DNA of 63,868 bases, the filler included, from Octopus bimaculoides (lineage: Eukaryota): the NCBI RefSeq assembly GCF_001194135.2. It is 5 parts of 5 records of this genome, joined end to end, with 100 filler letters (N's around TTAATTAATTAA, not from the genome) between each part and the next. Parts side by side here need not be neighbours in the genome. Positions count along the whole stretch, not along the records: positions 16,081 to 39,558 come from NC_068986.1; 4 more parts are not named here. One strand, given 5' to 3'. Below the pieces are notes generated by a model, which saw only the letters and a program-made list of their open reading frames with translations, was not told the DNA's origin and did no database searches. The number at the start of each line of letters is the position of its first letter. Position 1 is the stretch's first letter. Of the stretch, positions 22,974 to 36,521 are shown piece after piece. The position numbers and the translations under genes are program-made.

Positions 22974-24280
22974 CTGCATTACACACAATTTATACCTAAC
23001 AAATTCACTCACAATCGGTTGTTAAGCGCGTGACTATAGTAAGAGATGTCGACGCCTGCCCAAAATACCGTGAAGAGAGACCGAACTTAAAACCATGTGG
23101 TTTCAAAGCAAGCTAATATATCACAAAAACATGCCTGCGCCTATGTCTAGAAAATATAGATGGAGGTCGACTATTTAATGTAGCGTACAGATTACAATAG
23201 TGAATAATAGGAGAAGAGAGAGTCGTGGTAATAAATTAGAAAGAAGCTTATATGCGCAGCGAATAACATCAGTGAAGAATACATATTATCAGAAAGGGAT
23301 TAGAATAGATAAAAAAGAAAAGGAAACACAGGTAAGACTGCAAACAAAGGTGTTACATGATCAGTTTGTTTTGTAAAAATAACAAAAAAGTTTTGTGATT
23401 GGCTGAGAATGGAAGACTAAAAATGGAGAGAAACAACATAAATTCTGATAATGCAAAAGAAGAAATATTATACAAATAAAAGCATATGAAAGTAAAAATA
23501 TTAGTGAAGCTCATAAGATAGCGACTGTTGGTTGTGGGGCAAAACAGAGGAAAGATTTAATAATGGAATGTGTAAATGTTGAAAGGTGTCACGTAAAAGA
23601 ATAGAAACAAAATATGTCACTATTGCAAAAAATATACAGTTAATGGAAGGAATGCTGAGTTAATTCTACGTAGAAAACATCAAGAAACTCCACTCTTAAT
23701 ATAAGAATGGTTGTGGATGATTACAGTATTGTAAGAATGATACATACATTGGTAATGGAATAGAGGCTTGGTGTCAAAATGGAACCATAACAGAGATGAA
23801 ACTTATATATTTAAAGTTGTAGGATTCCCTATAGCATGAGTGGTGAAGCAAGAGAAATAGAAATGCAAATATATACTTGCAATTGGCTAGAAATCTGGGG
23901 AAAATGAACCGAAAGATCGAGGAGGTGCGACAATTATGGTGATAAATAACGTGTTTGTAATGATATTAAAACAAGGAGGAAAAAGCAAACATGAGCAGCA
24001 CGGTGGAATTTGAACTAAATGCGTAATGAACCGGAACATATATCCAAAGGCATTTCATGCGATGATCTTCCAATTCTGGTAATACAGTATTTGGACAATG
24101 ACAATACTAATGATGCTGCTTTTAAAACAATACCATATATAGAGACAGCAATTTTGACTAAGTCTTTAAAAAATGGAGTGAAAAAGATACATCACAGCGT
24201 CATTTGAACAAGGAATATACAAATATGGAAGTAACATGTGCAGTCAAAGAGTCAGTCATGTGGTAATTAATGAAACAAAT

Positions 24281-24497
24281 AAGGCGGCGAGATGGCAGAA
24301 ACGTTAGAACGCCGGGCAAAATGCTTAGCAGTATTTCGTCTGTCTTTACGTTCTGGGTTCAAATTCCGCCGAGGTTGACTTTGCTTTTCATCCTTTCGGG
24401 GTCGATAAATTAAGTACCAGTTGCGTACTGGATCGATCTAATCGACTGACCCCCCCCCCCCAATTTCCGACCTTGTGTCTAGAGTAGAGAAGAATTA
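24281..24497 (+). mobile_element. SINE family E (aaggcggcgag..ggcagaaacgttag head; ctttcatcctttcggggtcgataaa centre, Meta-domain-like)
   Basis: Recurs many times in the window. The Meta-SINE assignment is from memory. Confidence 0.85.
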
Positions 24498-24771
24498 ATG
24501 AAATGAATAGCAAGAACTATATTTTTAAAAGAAAAATGGAAAAAAAAACATGTAGAACACAAAAGATATACAGTATATGTGAAGTAAATAGAATGGTATT
24601 AAAAAAAGTAAAAAGGACAATAACTCTAATATAGTTATCATTATTAAAGCGGCGATCTTGCAGAATCATTACCACCGTCGGCCGAAATGCTTACCAGTAT
24701 TTCGTTTGTCTTCACGTTGTCAGTTTAAATTCCACCGTAGTTGACTTTGTCTTTCTGGGATCGATAAAATA

Positions 24772-25801
24772 TTGGGTCATCCCATAAATAATGCGTTTTT
24801 GTTTATACTTATTTTATTTTTCCAAATTAAGATAAAGCTCTTTTTAAAATTTAAATTTTACTTTCCTTCATTTTCTACAATGCTCTTCCATTAATCTGGT
24901 AGATTTGCAAGGCCCGTCTTCCAAAATTCACTTTTTCATGATGAAAAATACTTCTCCAGCACTGTTCTGACCTCGTCTACGGAATTCATATTTCTTCCGT
25001 CGAAATGATTTTGAAGACTGCGAATTAAATGATAATCAAATGGAGCAATGTCCGGCGAATATGGTTGGTGGGGCGTCGTTTCCCATTCAAACTGCTCCAG
25101 CCTTTGGAATGTCATCTTCGTTGTATGTAGCCGAGCATTATTCTGATGGAAGAACACCTTTCGTCGTGAAACCAAATATGGTCATTTTTCTTCTAGCGCC
25201 GACTTAAGTAACTCAATTTGCTCGCCGCAGATTCCATTTGTAATAGTTTGGTTTGGGTTTAAAAGTTCAAAGTGGACTAAACCAAACAGATATCAACAGA
25301 TTACGTGAATGAAGACTTTCTTTAGCCTGGGGTGCCGGTGCTTCTCCTTTCCCTACCCACTGTTTTCTCTGCTAGTTCCTCAACAGTTACGATGGGACTT
25401 TGTTCCAACATGGTTTGCAGGACATCCTCGACGAGCTCTACAGATCTTCCAGTACGAGGCTTGTCTTCTAGGCTGTACTTTCCGGTTCAGAATTTCTGGA
25501 ACCACCGCTGACCCTGGCTTACGGTTATTGTTCGATTTCCCCTATATTACATTAATATTTCTCGTACTTTCCGCTGAGTTGTTGCTTTTACTGAACTCAT
25601 ATAGCAAAATATGTTGAATATGCTCCTTTATCACTTCCATTATAACTTTGGAAAACCAACTATTAAAATCGAACTGCACTCTTCAAAACTTGCACTATTG
25701 CCTGCATTTATAACAAGTTGGTGCATGTAGTTTATCCTGGTCCCCTCCAACTTTTAGTTCAGGCAAATGAAAAAAACCGAATTATTTATGGGATTACTCA
25801 G
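24772..25801 (-). mobile_element. Internally deleted mariner transposon with TIRs and TA TSD, inserted in a family E SINE
   Basis: TIR ttgggtcatcccataaataat vs reverse complement ctgagtaatcccataaataat, with TA at 24770-71 and 25802-03. Degenerate transposase from ATG 25640: MEVIKEHIQHILLYEF...QRWFQKF...EDKPRTGR...[deletion]...HQNNARLH...HQPYSPDIAPFDYHL. Confidence 0.93.
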
Positions 25802-26829
25802 TAAGTACCTGTTGAGCACTGGCGTCCACGTAGTCGACTTACCCCACTCCCATAAGATTGTAGGCCTTGCGCCTATAGTAGATAGGAATATGATTATTAT
25901 GTTTAAGGAGAAGAACTAGCAGAATCGTTTGCACTTTCAACAAAAATGTTTATGTGCATTTAGTTCGACTACTTGTTTTGTGTTCAAATTCCGCGGTCGA
26001 TAAGTTTAGTGTTGCTGGGGGTCGATGTAATCAACCAAATACTCCCCCGAAATTGTTGACCTTGCACCAAAATTTGAAAATATGATTATTGTATTTACGC
26101 TGGTGTGCTTAACACAGGACACGATGTTCATGGTGGACCATACCTAAATGTGAATCAACACATCTATTCTGATACACGAAAATCTGGTGGAAATGACAAT
26201 CTGATAATCACCGAAGCTCTGAGTAACACTTTCTGAAGTCGTTTCAGATTCAATAAAATACATTAAAACTATACTTTCTCTTATCGGCTGCTATTTTCCC
26301 ACCTTATTTTGTACACATGTGCTCACATGTGAGTGTTAGTGTGTGTGTGTCTCTGTAGGTGTATATATATATATATATATATATNNNNNNNNNNNNNNNN
26401 NNNNNNNNNNNNNNNNNNNNNNNNNNNNNNNNNNNNNNNNNNNNNNNNNNNNNNNNNNNNNNNNNNNNNNNNNNNNNNNNNNNNNNNNNNNNNNNNNNNN
26501 NNNNNNNNNNNNNNNNNNNNNNNNNNNNNNNNNNNNNNNNNNNNNNNNNNNNNNNNNNNNNNNNNNNNNNNNNNNNNNNNNNNNNNNNNNNNNNNNNNNN
26601 NNNNNNNNNNNNNNNNNNNNNNNNNNNNNNNNNNNNNNNNNNNNNNNNNNNNNNNNNNNNNNNNNNNNNNNNNNNNNNNNNNNNNNNNNNNNNNNNNNNN
26701 NNNNNNNNNNNNNNNNNNNNNNNNNNNNNNNNNNNNNNNNNNNNNNNNNNNNNNNNNNNNNACACACACACACACATATATTTGTATATAGATGTATCTA
26801 TATCTGTAGCTCTCACTCTCACTCCCCCC

Positions 26830-26889
<60 letters not shown>

Positions 26890-28179
26890 TTGTGTGTGTA
26901 ATATTTCTATATATATATATATTTTTTATACTTTACTTAGCGTATAGGCAAATTCCTACCAGAGTTTCTATGCCAAATGATCGGTGTTGCAATACGATGA
27001 TGTAGGTTCGTTTAATTCTTTGAGTGTCTCACCAATACTTGCTTCGAACATTCTCGCAATATGTTTGCGTGTGTGTACAACTGGATACATGTGTGTAAGT
27101 AAACACGTATGTATATGTGAATAATGTGATGATTCGATGGATGTATACGTGTTACTGTAGTGTTTATTTTATATTTATTTGTTATCTATTTTTTCCTTCT
27201 TTATTTTTTATATATTTTTCGAAATGTCCTCCCACTGATAGTAATTTCCCTTTATTTATTTATTTATTTTACTGTTTTTTTTTTTAATGTTTCTTTTTTC
27301 ATGTTTTTTTTTTTGTATTCGTTTTACACTAATCGGTCGAATAGATTCTCATATATTTTAATTTCGATAATCGAAATTTCAGTTAATTGGTTGTTACTGC
27401 ATCAACTTGACTATTTTTTTTTGTCTTTATGTTCGTCGGAAAGGGAGGGAACTGGAACAATCAAATCGAACCAAAAGCCAAAAAAAAACAAAAAGAAAAA
27501 AAAAGGAAAAAAGGAAAAAAAAACAAACAAACCAATAAACCAACAAAAACCCCAAAACACAAGCTAAATAAATGAAGCAATAACAAAAGGAATCAGAAAT
27601 TGAATTAACAATTAATAATGCAATGTGTACAAAAGCAACAACAACTACAACAACAATATGACTATTGGTTGTTAATGCAAGAACGAGGACACACATTTTC
27701 AAGGAAGGAACAATTTCTCATAGCGACTGCTGTGTCTGTCGGCAGGATGGCCATGTGAATTATTTTTATCGACCCTTGCACAAGGCCACACATTTTGGTG
27801 GGAGATAACAGACGATTTAATCGATTCACTAGTTACTTTATTGACCTGGAGGTAATGAAATGTAATGTAAAACCCCGACGGGATTCGAATTCAAAACATA
27901 TGTGGATGTAAACATAAATAAATATGATAAACAGAAGAAAATGAAAAGAATTCAAAGTATATAATTCGATTTGATGAAGTTTCGGCTCCCTAACAAAAAC
28001 ACAATAAATAAGACCTAACCCAGGCGAAGGGGCTAGAAATTGCAGAGAAGCAAACAGTTGATTATATCAGATATCAATATTAGTCTGGCACATTATTTCA
28101 TAGAATGAGGAATGGTCTGGGATGGTCTTTGTGTACCGAAGGGATCATAACGACTTTCAAGTCAATGTTATCTGCTCTC

Positions 28180-28567
28180 GTGGAGGTGCAATGGCCCAGT
28201 GGTTAGGGCAGCGGACTCGCGGTCATAAGGTCGCCGTTTCGATTCCCAGACCGGGCGTTGTGAGTGTTTATTGAGCGAAAACACCTAAAGGTCCACGAGG
28301 CTCCGGCAGGGGATGGTGGCGAACCCTGCTGTACTCTTCCACCACAACTTTCTCTCACTCTTACTTCCTGTTTCTGTTGTGCCTGTAATTCAAAGGGTCA
28401 GCCTTGTCACACTGTGTCACGTTGAATATCCTCGAGAACTACGTTAAGGGTACACGTGTGAGTGGGGTGCTCAGCCACTTGCACGTTAATTTCACGAGCA
28501 GGCTGTTCCGTTGATCGGATCAACTGGAACCCTCAACGTCGTAAGCGACGGAGTTCCAACAATAACA
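28180..28567 (+). mobile_element. Full-length family A SINE with ~11-bp TSD
   Basis: tatctgctctc 28169-28179 / tatctgttctc 28568-28578, with A and B boxes. Confidence 0.92.
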
Positions 28568-28670
28568 TATCTGTTCTCAATGACATTTCGCTTGTCGATA
28601 TTTGCGCTCTTATTACTTACAAATATTGCACTGATGGAAGCCGCGTTATTTCATAGCTTAACGTCACTTC

Positions 28671-28887
28671 CGAGGAGGTGAGGAAACTTTCCTGGCTTTG
28701 GGTAAAAGAAAATAAAGGATGATCAATTAATTATGACTTTAATCAACGTATGCCCCTCTCAGATTCAGACACTTATTGCAACGGACCTTCAGTTTTTCTA
28801 AGCCCTGTAAAAGACCTGGGGAGTTTGGACCTCCAGCTAGGCTCTTCGTGACACCCTTAAATCCAGGAACTTTTCAGCACACCCTCA
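28671..28887 (-). mobile_element. Mariner-derived MITE
   Basis: TIR-like ends cgaggaggtgaggaaactttcctgg / ccaggaacttttcagcacaccctca followed by TA. The minus strand reads LQGLEKLKVRCNKCLNLRGAYVD*, like a mariner C-terminus. Confidence 0.75.
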
Positions 28888-28980
28888 TACCATGCCTTTC
28901 AGTCTCACCCTAGCTGCCACTTGTTTATGAACGTACGCTTTGCGCCGTAATATCCAATTGTTTTCGAAGCTTTCATTCAG

Positions 28981-29056
28981 GTATAAATGTCAAGTCACTC
29001 AGGCATAAAGGTCAGGTCACTCTGTTATGAAGGTCAAGTCACTCATGTATAAAGGT
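28981..29056. repeat. 22-bp minisatellite, ~3.5 copies
   Basis: gtataaatgtcaagtcactcag / gcataaaggtcaggtcactctg / ttatgaaggtcaagtcactcat / gtataaaggt. Confidence 0.85.
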
Positions 29057-30015
29057 TGTCTTTCTCTCTATGAAGAAACTGTTTGTCCAGGAATCTTTCA
29101 CGGCACTCTTTATCTGTTCTCTCGATGTAAGACAAAACTGCGTATCTCGTCATGTGACACATATGTCTTTTTGCCTGCTCCCGAATGAATTCGTCATCTA
29201 AGGAAATAGAGGCCTTATGAACGGAAATTCTCGAGGGCTTTATTTGCTTCTTTCTAATATAGATATTGAATCTTCGAATGCAATATATATATTTCTGCTA
29301 TTTTTGTTCGGTGTCGTTTAGCATCTGAGTGTTAAAAACATTTAATAATCCATTATGCTGCATGGTGAAATGCAAGTTTTTCTCTTCGCAAAATATGCAT
29401 ATCTTTTTGCAATGGAAACTCGTTTATAATTATTTACTTCGTGATCGCAGAAACTCTTTGATTTCTCTTTTTTTAGGAGAGAGGTGTGGCTCTTTTGACT
29501 CGACCAAAAGTCGAACCAAAAGAAATTTAAAATCTTTCAATAAAGACTAACATAACAGCTAAAATAAAACAAAATCAAAATCAGCAAACACAATTAGATA
29601 CAGAAATAACTTGCTCCTTAAAAACGAGGTTACACGACAAAACTTTGTGAAGATGTTAATTCAATTTCCGAAGAAGGCGTTAAAATCCAATCGATGTCAA
29701 TTCCAACAAAGAAAAAAAAAATATCCAATGGAATTCTGGTTTTTGTTTTAAAAACAGAGTGAAAAATTAATTGAATAGCAAAACACGTGAAGAAGTCTTG
29801 CATACACAGCATATGCCTGGCATGTAAAATATCATACAAGTTTTGAAGGGGCCAAATTGACTAAATCGACCTCAGTGACCAGCGGGTACTTATTTTATCG
29901 ACCCCGAAAGATGAAAGGCAAAGTCGTCCTCGACGGTATTTGAATACAGAATGTAAGGACGGACGATATACCTCTTAACATTTTATACGGCGTGTTAACG
30001 ATTCCTCCAGCTTCC

Positions 30016-30051
<36 letters not shown>

Positions 30052-30625
30052 TGTTGTTGTTGTTGTCGTCGTCGTCGTCGTCGTCGTCACATCCATCATT
30101 TTTACAATGGCACATTTGTTTTTCAGCCAGACGAAGTGCTTCACCAAATGAAAAGGGAAAATGAGGCTGGCAATGTTTGAAAATGAGAACAACGTATGCA
30201 ATCAAAATTGCAAGGAATTTTCCTTCCCTCCATTCTATCAAGTAACCTACACCAACGAGAGCGTCTCTATGAGGTCAGTGAACCTGCTGAAAATAGAAGT
30301 CATATCTGATCTGCAATACACAATAAAGTGTCTCAAAAACGTATGACATATACACATTGTATAATATAGTCTTTCTCAGATATTGTTTTCCGGCAAGAGA
30401 TTAGGTTCGTAATATTTGGAATACCTATGTTTCATAAATGCACATGATTATTACTGACTTATACATAAGAAAACTAACATCCTTTACCGTCTCATTAACG
30501 TCAATTCTGTTCTCAATCTTAGGTATAAATTCACGTATTTCGAGTATTTTATCATCTAAAATTAAATCAATTGAATTTATACAACTACGGTAAGTCACTA
30601 TTAAATATTTCATTTGTGTCTGCAG

Positions 30626-30677
30626 GATTAACAGAAAGGTTCATCCACAGAGTGGTATTTAAAATCTAAATATAGCG
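30626..30677 (+). other. Candidate non-coding 52-nt exon
   Basis: Acceptor tttcatttgtgtctgcAG and donor G|GTATGT. All three frames contain stops, so it could only be a UTR or poison exon. Confidence 0.2.
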
Positions 30678-31289
30678 GTATGTCACATAAAGCAGTCTGA
30701 TATTTTTGTCCAAATCATTCATGGGCTTGTGGTGACGATAGTTTTTAAAACAGGCCATATTTTGTCCGATGCCATAGTATTAACAATTTTGCGTTTCACT
30801 AAACGCCTCCTCAGTTTATTATACTTCACTTTTATCCGATGCTCTGCCGATTTTGCCGTTCATCGCTTTCTCAATCGTTTTCGCTTTAAACCTTAAGCCT
30901 TTGATCAAGAAAAAAGAAAAAGAAAACAAGAAAAGAAGTTTTCTTCAATTAACATGAGGTTAATTATTTAGGTCCAAAAGTATAGGAGATTGAATTTGCC
31001 TTGTTGATTGAGAGAAATATAATCTAATCAAAAGACAGAGTATTCTAAGATATTTCTTGACCTGCTGGAAATAACCGCCAAACCTTCCTTTATATCACAC
31101 AATCAACGTCGTCGTTGTTAACATCATCATCATCATCATCATCACCATCATCACCATCATCGTCACCACCAACACCACCACCACTATCATCATCATCATC
31201 ATCGTCATCATCGTCATCATCGCGGTCGATAAAATTAGTACGAATTTTACACCGGGAGCGATGCAATCAAGCCATTTGCCCTAAAGTGT

Positions 31290-31670
31290 AGATGATGTCT
31301 ATGTGAGACACAAGGCCCGAAATTTATGGGGAGGGGCCCGGTCGATTAGATCGACCCTATTACGCAACTGGTACTTAATTTATCGACCCCGAAAGGATGA
31401 AATGCAAAGTCGATCTCTACGGGTATTGGTTGCGTAATCTGTAATTAATATTGGTTTCAAATTTTTCCACAACAGTAGTAATTTTGGGGGAGGGGATGAG
31501 TCGATTACATCGACAACAGTGTTCCACTGTTACTTATTTTATCGACCCCGGAAGGATAAGATGCAAAATTGGCCTCGGTGTAATTTGAACTCGGAATATA
31601 AAGACGGACGAAAAGTCGCTAAACATATTTCCCGCCGTGCTAACCACTTTTCCCAGCGCGCCGTCTTAAC
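31290..31670 (-). mobile_element. Two tandem family E SINE copies
   Basis: The ...tggtacttaatttatcgacccc..aaaggat.a.atgcaaa... segment occurs twice. Confidence 0.8.
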
Positions 31671-31998
31671 CTGTTCTTAATATTAATATTTTTTTTTTAC
31701 GTATGTAATTCTTTTTGTGAAGCTACTCAGCATATTTATCTAAAATCCAGGCTTACATGGTTTTGACCATGTTTTAAAACTATTTTTGGTTGTCATATTG
31801 AATTCTGCTATATCGAATATTATGCAGGTGCGTGGCCTAGTGGTTAGGGCGGTGCTGATACGTTTGTAAGATCATGGTTTCAATTCTCAAACTAGATGGA
31901 GTTTTGTTTTTCAGAGCAATACACTTCATTTCTTGTTGCGACAATCAACTCCACTGTAAATAGGCTGCAGCAACAGCCCACATGTTAATCCCGTAGAG

Positions 31999-32284
31999 CA
32001 GGGGTTTTCAAACTTTTTGACTTTATATTTCAAGCTTTACCTTAGGGACCCCCTTATAAACGCTTATGAAATTTATACATAAATATTTGCTTAAAATAAC
32101 ATATATTTTTACATTTATTTATTTAACAGTATTTAACAAATAAGTTTATTGTCAATTAAAAGATTTCGATTGAAAAGCATATATAAAATCAAATTGCCCA
32201 TAAAAAGTATTTGCTGTCTACGGACCCCCTGTCTTGTCCTTGCGGACCGCCTGTGGTCCGCGGACCACAGTTTGAAAACCCCTG
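31999..32284. mobile_element. hAT (Charlie-like) MITE with 8-bp TSD
   Basis: Perfect 16-bp TIR caggggttttcaaact / agtttgaaaacccctg. TSD CCGTAGAG at 31991-31998 and 32285-32292. Confidence 0.93.
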
Positions 32285-32614
32285 CCGTAGAGGACCGGAG
32301 TCCCCGTTCAGCCAATAAGGCATGCATTGTTTACGTTCACGTTACTTAACGGTTCGGCAAAAATAGGAAAAAGAAAGTATCATGATTTAAATAAGTAAGT
32401 ACTGGAGGGGGATTTGCTTAATTAAAACCCTGCAGGGCTGGGCCACATTATCACTGCAGTCAAATGACTGAAACTATCAAATTATGAAAAGTAAGGTATT
32501 AAAGGCCATAGAACATACTCTCAAATGCGTTTTTAATTATCAATCCAGGTGATGCTAATTATTTCGGTCATCGATAAATATCATATTAATTCTTTCAATA
32601 TTGTCCTGTCCATC

Positions 32615-32842
32615 ACCGGCAAGCTGGCAGAATTGTTAGCATGCCGGGCAAACTGCTTAGGGGTGTTTCGTCTGTCTTTCTGTTCTGAGTTCAAATTCTG
32701 GCCAGGTCGACTTTGGCCTTTATCATTTGGGGTGGGAGTGGGGTCAATAAATTAAGTACCAGTTGCTTACTGGGATCTATCTAATCGACTGCCCCCTCCC
32801 CCAAAAATTCAGGCCTTGTGCCTAGAGTAGAAAAGAATAGAG
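32615..32842 (+). mobile_element. Family E SINE
   Basis: ggcaagctggcagaattgttagcatgccggg...ccttgtgcctagagtagaaaagaata. Confidence 0.85.
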
Positions 32843-35421
32843 TTTTCTCCATCGATAGTCATTCATATATTTTGTATCCACTGATCTGTTCAATGAATTC
32901 TAACACAATATACTCACGAGTTGTTATTGAGGGACTTATCAAATTTAAGACCCCTCTCACTTATTTGCAGTACTTAGTCTGGTGCCAAGTTTCTGGCGGT
33001 TACACTGTACAGTATTTCTTCTGCACTGCGGCCATATTCTCTAGTCATAACTTCAAATCCATTCTTTTAATTCGTATTTTTCGAAACTTATTTTTTTCCA
33101 AATCCACTCGCAGCATGCTTGAACTTCTTTTGCCGTGTCCCCTAGTGTTAGATTTGTTTTTGTTAATATCCTGTAAAATCGTTTGGTATTTGATTAAAAT
33201 ATTTTTTTTGTTTCTTTGAGAAGAAAGAGTTCACGTTTTCTTGAAACGTTTTATCCGCCATCTTTTTTCCGGATATGATTTGCTCACAGTTTTTTTTCTT
33301 TTGCTTCCAAACATGTCGTCTGTTTTAATAATATTACAACATTTCTTGTTTTACCTCCTTTTTTTGTTTTACATTTTTCATTTTGTAACCTTCGTGTTCC
33401 ATTTCGCTAAGTAAGGATAGAGTATTAATGTATATATTTCTGCTTTTCTTTTCGATTTCTGTAGTAAATAATATTTCCATTTTCGTTTTGGAGGTAGAGA
33501 AGATATCAGAGAATGTAGAATGCAATCTAAATCCTTCGATTCTATCAATGCAACAGAATAAGTTAAAACATTAAATCTGTTCAGAGTTTGCCCTCTTGGT
33601 GTGAATCGCTCACTGGGTCCCAATGTATTCATATTTTGGTGGAGCTGGTCATTCGTGATGAAGGTGCATGGCCTACTGGTTGGGGTATAGCCTTCACGAT
33701 GACATGTTCATAGTTTTGACTCGCAGACCTGGTGGAATGTCGTGTTTTTGAATTTCTGAAAACCTAATGATAATAAAAGATTCTGTTCTTAAGCAGAAGC
33801 CAATTTTAGAGTGAAACTGCCTAACCTGAGTGTGTTGAATAAATATTTGTGGTAGACTTAAAGGCCTCGGTAGCTGTTGATGCAGTCCATTCTGCATCAC
33901 GGTCCCAATGCTGCGGTTTCTACATCTTTTCTTCTCATCAGTTTTTGAGGCTTTGATACACTCGTCATGAGTGCTGATTCGCGCCCCCACCCAACTCACT
34001 GTGAATAATCTCCTATGACGATTACTCCCTTCTGGAATCGGAGTGAAGGTGCGTAGCCTAGTGGTCAGTATGCTGCATTCAAAATCGCAAGATCATGGTT
34101 TCGATTCCTGCATCAAGCGGGGCGCCCAGCCGATGGCAGCATGGAAAACGAATGTTAACTGACGATGATGATGATGATGATGATGATGGTGATGATGACG
34201 GTGATGGTGTTGTTGATGATGATGATGTTGAGGTTGATGATGATGATGGTGATGATAATGATGATGATGGTGATGTTGTTAACGATGATGATGATTATGA
34301 TGATGATGATAATGTTGACGTTGATGTTGCATACATACATATACATATATCCATGCATATATATATATATATACTGTATATATATTCTTTCTCTGTCTTC
34401 TCTTCTTTGAACTTTTTTCTATATTTCTGATGAAGGTCTCCGCTCGAAACGTAACATACTGTTTCTTTTCTTTCCTTTCCTGAGCGTCCTATAACACTCT
34501 ACGTATTTCACGTCTCCCGTTGTTGCTTTCTTCGTGTTTTTTCTTTCTTACATTTATTCCAGTAAAAATTGGTACGCTTATTTTTGTGAGTAAATACCAA
34601 ACTGATTGTGTGGATAATCTAGGGTTTTCAGGTAAAGCAGTCAACCTTCTAACCCGGCCCTTAAAAATGACAACCTGTAAACGGAAGAGTAGAAGAAATA
34701 TGCAAGATTTTTCGTAAGTTTAAAATCTGACTGTTTTCGTCATATATATATATATNNNNNNNNNNNNNNNNNNNNNNNNNNNNNNNNNNNNNNNNNNNNN
34801 NNNNNNNNNNNNNNNNNNNNNNNNNNNNNNNNNNNNNNNNNNNNNNNNNNNNNNNNNNNNNNNNNNNNNNNNNNNNNNNNNNNNNNNNNNNNNNNNNNNN
34901 NNNNNNNNNNNNNNNNNNNNNNNNNNNNNNNNNNNNNNNNNNNNNNNNNNNNNNNNNNNNNNNNNNNNNNNNNNNNNNNNNNNNNNNNNNNNNNNNNNNN
35001 NNNNNNNNNNNNNNNNNNNNNNNNNNNNNNNNNNNNNNNNNNNNNNNNNNNNNNNNNNNNNNNNNNNNNNNNNNNNNNNNNNNNNNNNNNNNNNNNNNNN
35101 NNNNNNNNNNNNNNNNNNNNNNNNNNNNNNNNNNNNNNNNNNNNNNNNNNNNNNNNNNNNNNNNNNNNNNNNNNNNNNNNNNNNNNNNNNNNNNNNNNNN
35201 NNNNNNNNNNNNNNNNNNNNNNNNNNNNNNNNNNNNNNNNNNNNNNNNNNNNNNNNNNATAAGTCTTGGGGTGGATTTCTTCGACTAAAGGCGGTGCTCC
35301 AGTATGGCCGCAGTCAAATGACTGAAACAAATAAAAGAACAAAAGAACGTATACGTATGTATGTATGTATGTATGTATGTATGCATGCATGCATGTGTGT
35401 GTGTATGTATGTATGTATGTA

Positions 35422-35472
<51 letters not shown>

Positions 35473-35920
35473 ATTTCCTACCAATACGATTTAGAAGAAA
35501 TTTATTGAAAGGCTATTATGATCGCCATGGAAACGATCATTGAGGAGTCAACGTTCAGTTATTCGTCGTCTAAGTGCAAAACACAAAAGTCACGTTGGTC
35601 CGTAACTGGAAAGGTACTTTCATGTAATTACGGTAGAGTTTTGAATTCCTGTGAATAGACACCAAAATTGTAATAACAGCAATATATACTGTAGCGTATC
35701 GTGTTCCTTGCTAAAATTGTTCATTTATCCATTTAGTGGCGATACATTGGATAATAGATTCGGCTGTCGATCGATAATAGATCGTTCTTCAAAGAACAAA
35801 CGAGAAATTAACAATGACATTGGGCGGGGTAGAATTACTGATGAAACTACCACTGCCGCTGTTGCTACTATTACTACTACTACTACTAATACTACTGCTA
35901 CTACTACTACNNNNNNNNNN

Positions 35921-35961
<41 letters not shown>

Positions 35962-36357
35962 GCGCCAGTGTTTCCAATATCGTTTCAATTTTACCTATTT
36001 TAATGGAAATTAAGCTATACTTGGATTTAGATTAATTTATTAGTAAACCTGTGGGTATGTACTGTCAGAACTTGATCCCATTGACCAAAGCCTTGTGTAT
36101 GGATTTGGCAGACGGAAACTGAAAGAAGGCCCGTCGTATATATATATATATATGCATGAAATAAGTACTAGGCTTACAAAGAATACGTCCTGGGGTTGAT
36201 TTGTTCAACAACTAAAGGTAGTGCTCCAGCAAGGCCGCAATCAGATGACTGAAACAAGGAAAAGAATAGAAGAATAAAAGAATATGTATACATGTACTCC
36301 TATATGCAGCAATACAGATATTTGCATAGGGACGCTTCTGTGCATGATAATTAATTT

Positions 36358-36471
36358 GAGGATCAGGTAAGTAGCTTGCTTACCTACCACATGGTTCTGG
36401 ATTCAGTTTCACTGCGTGGCACGTTCTGAGTGGATTTTGCTGACGGATACTGAAAGAAGCCTGCGTATATA

Positions 36472-36521
<50 letters not shown>

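Noticed and set aside
26080-26236. Coding-looking frame YAGVLNTGHDVHGGPYLNVNQH... followed by AATAAA
   Set aside because: No start codon or acceptor, no recognisable homology, and short enough to be chance.
28180-28260. tRNA-like sequences (also at 16381, 31826, 34050, 44395, 45440)
   Set aside because: They have A/B boxes but no complete cloverleaf and continue into SINE bodies, so no tRNA gene is called.
32900-34000. Possible CR1/L2 (NTRGHGK) and RTE C-terminal relics on the minus strand
   Set aside because: Only single short motifs, too degenerate to call as features.
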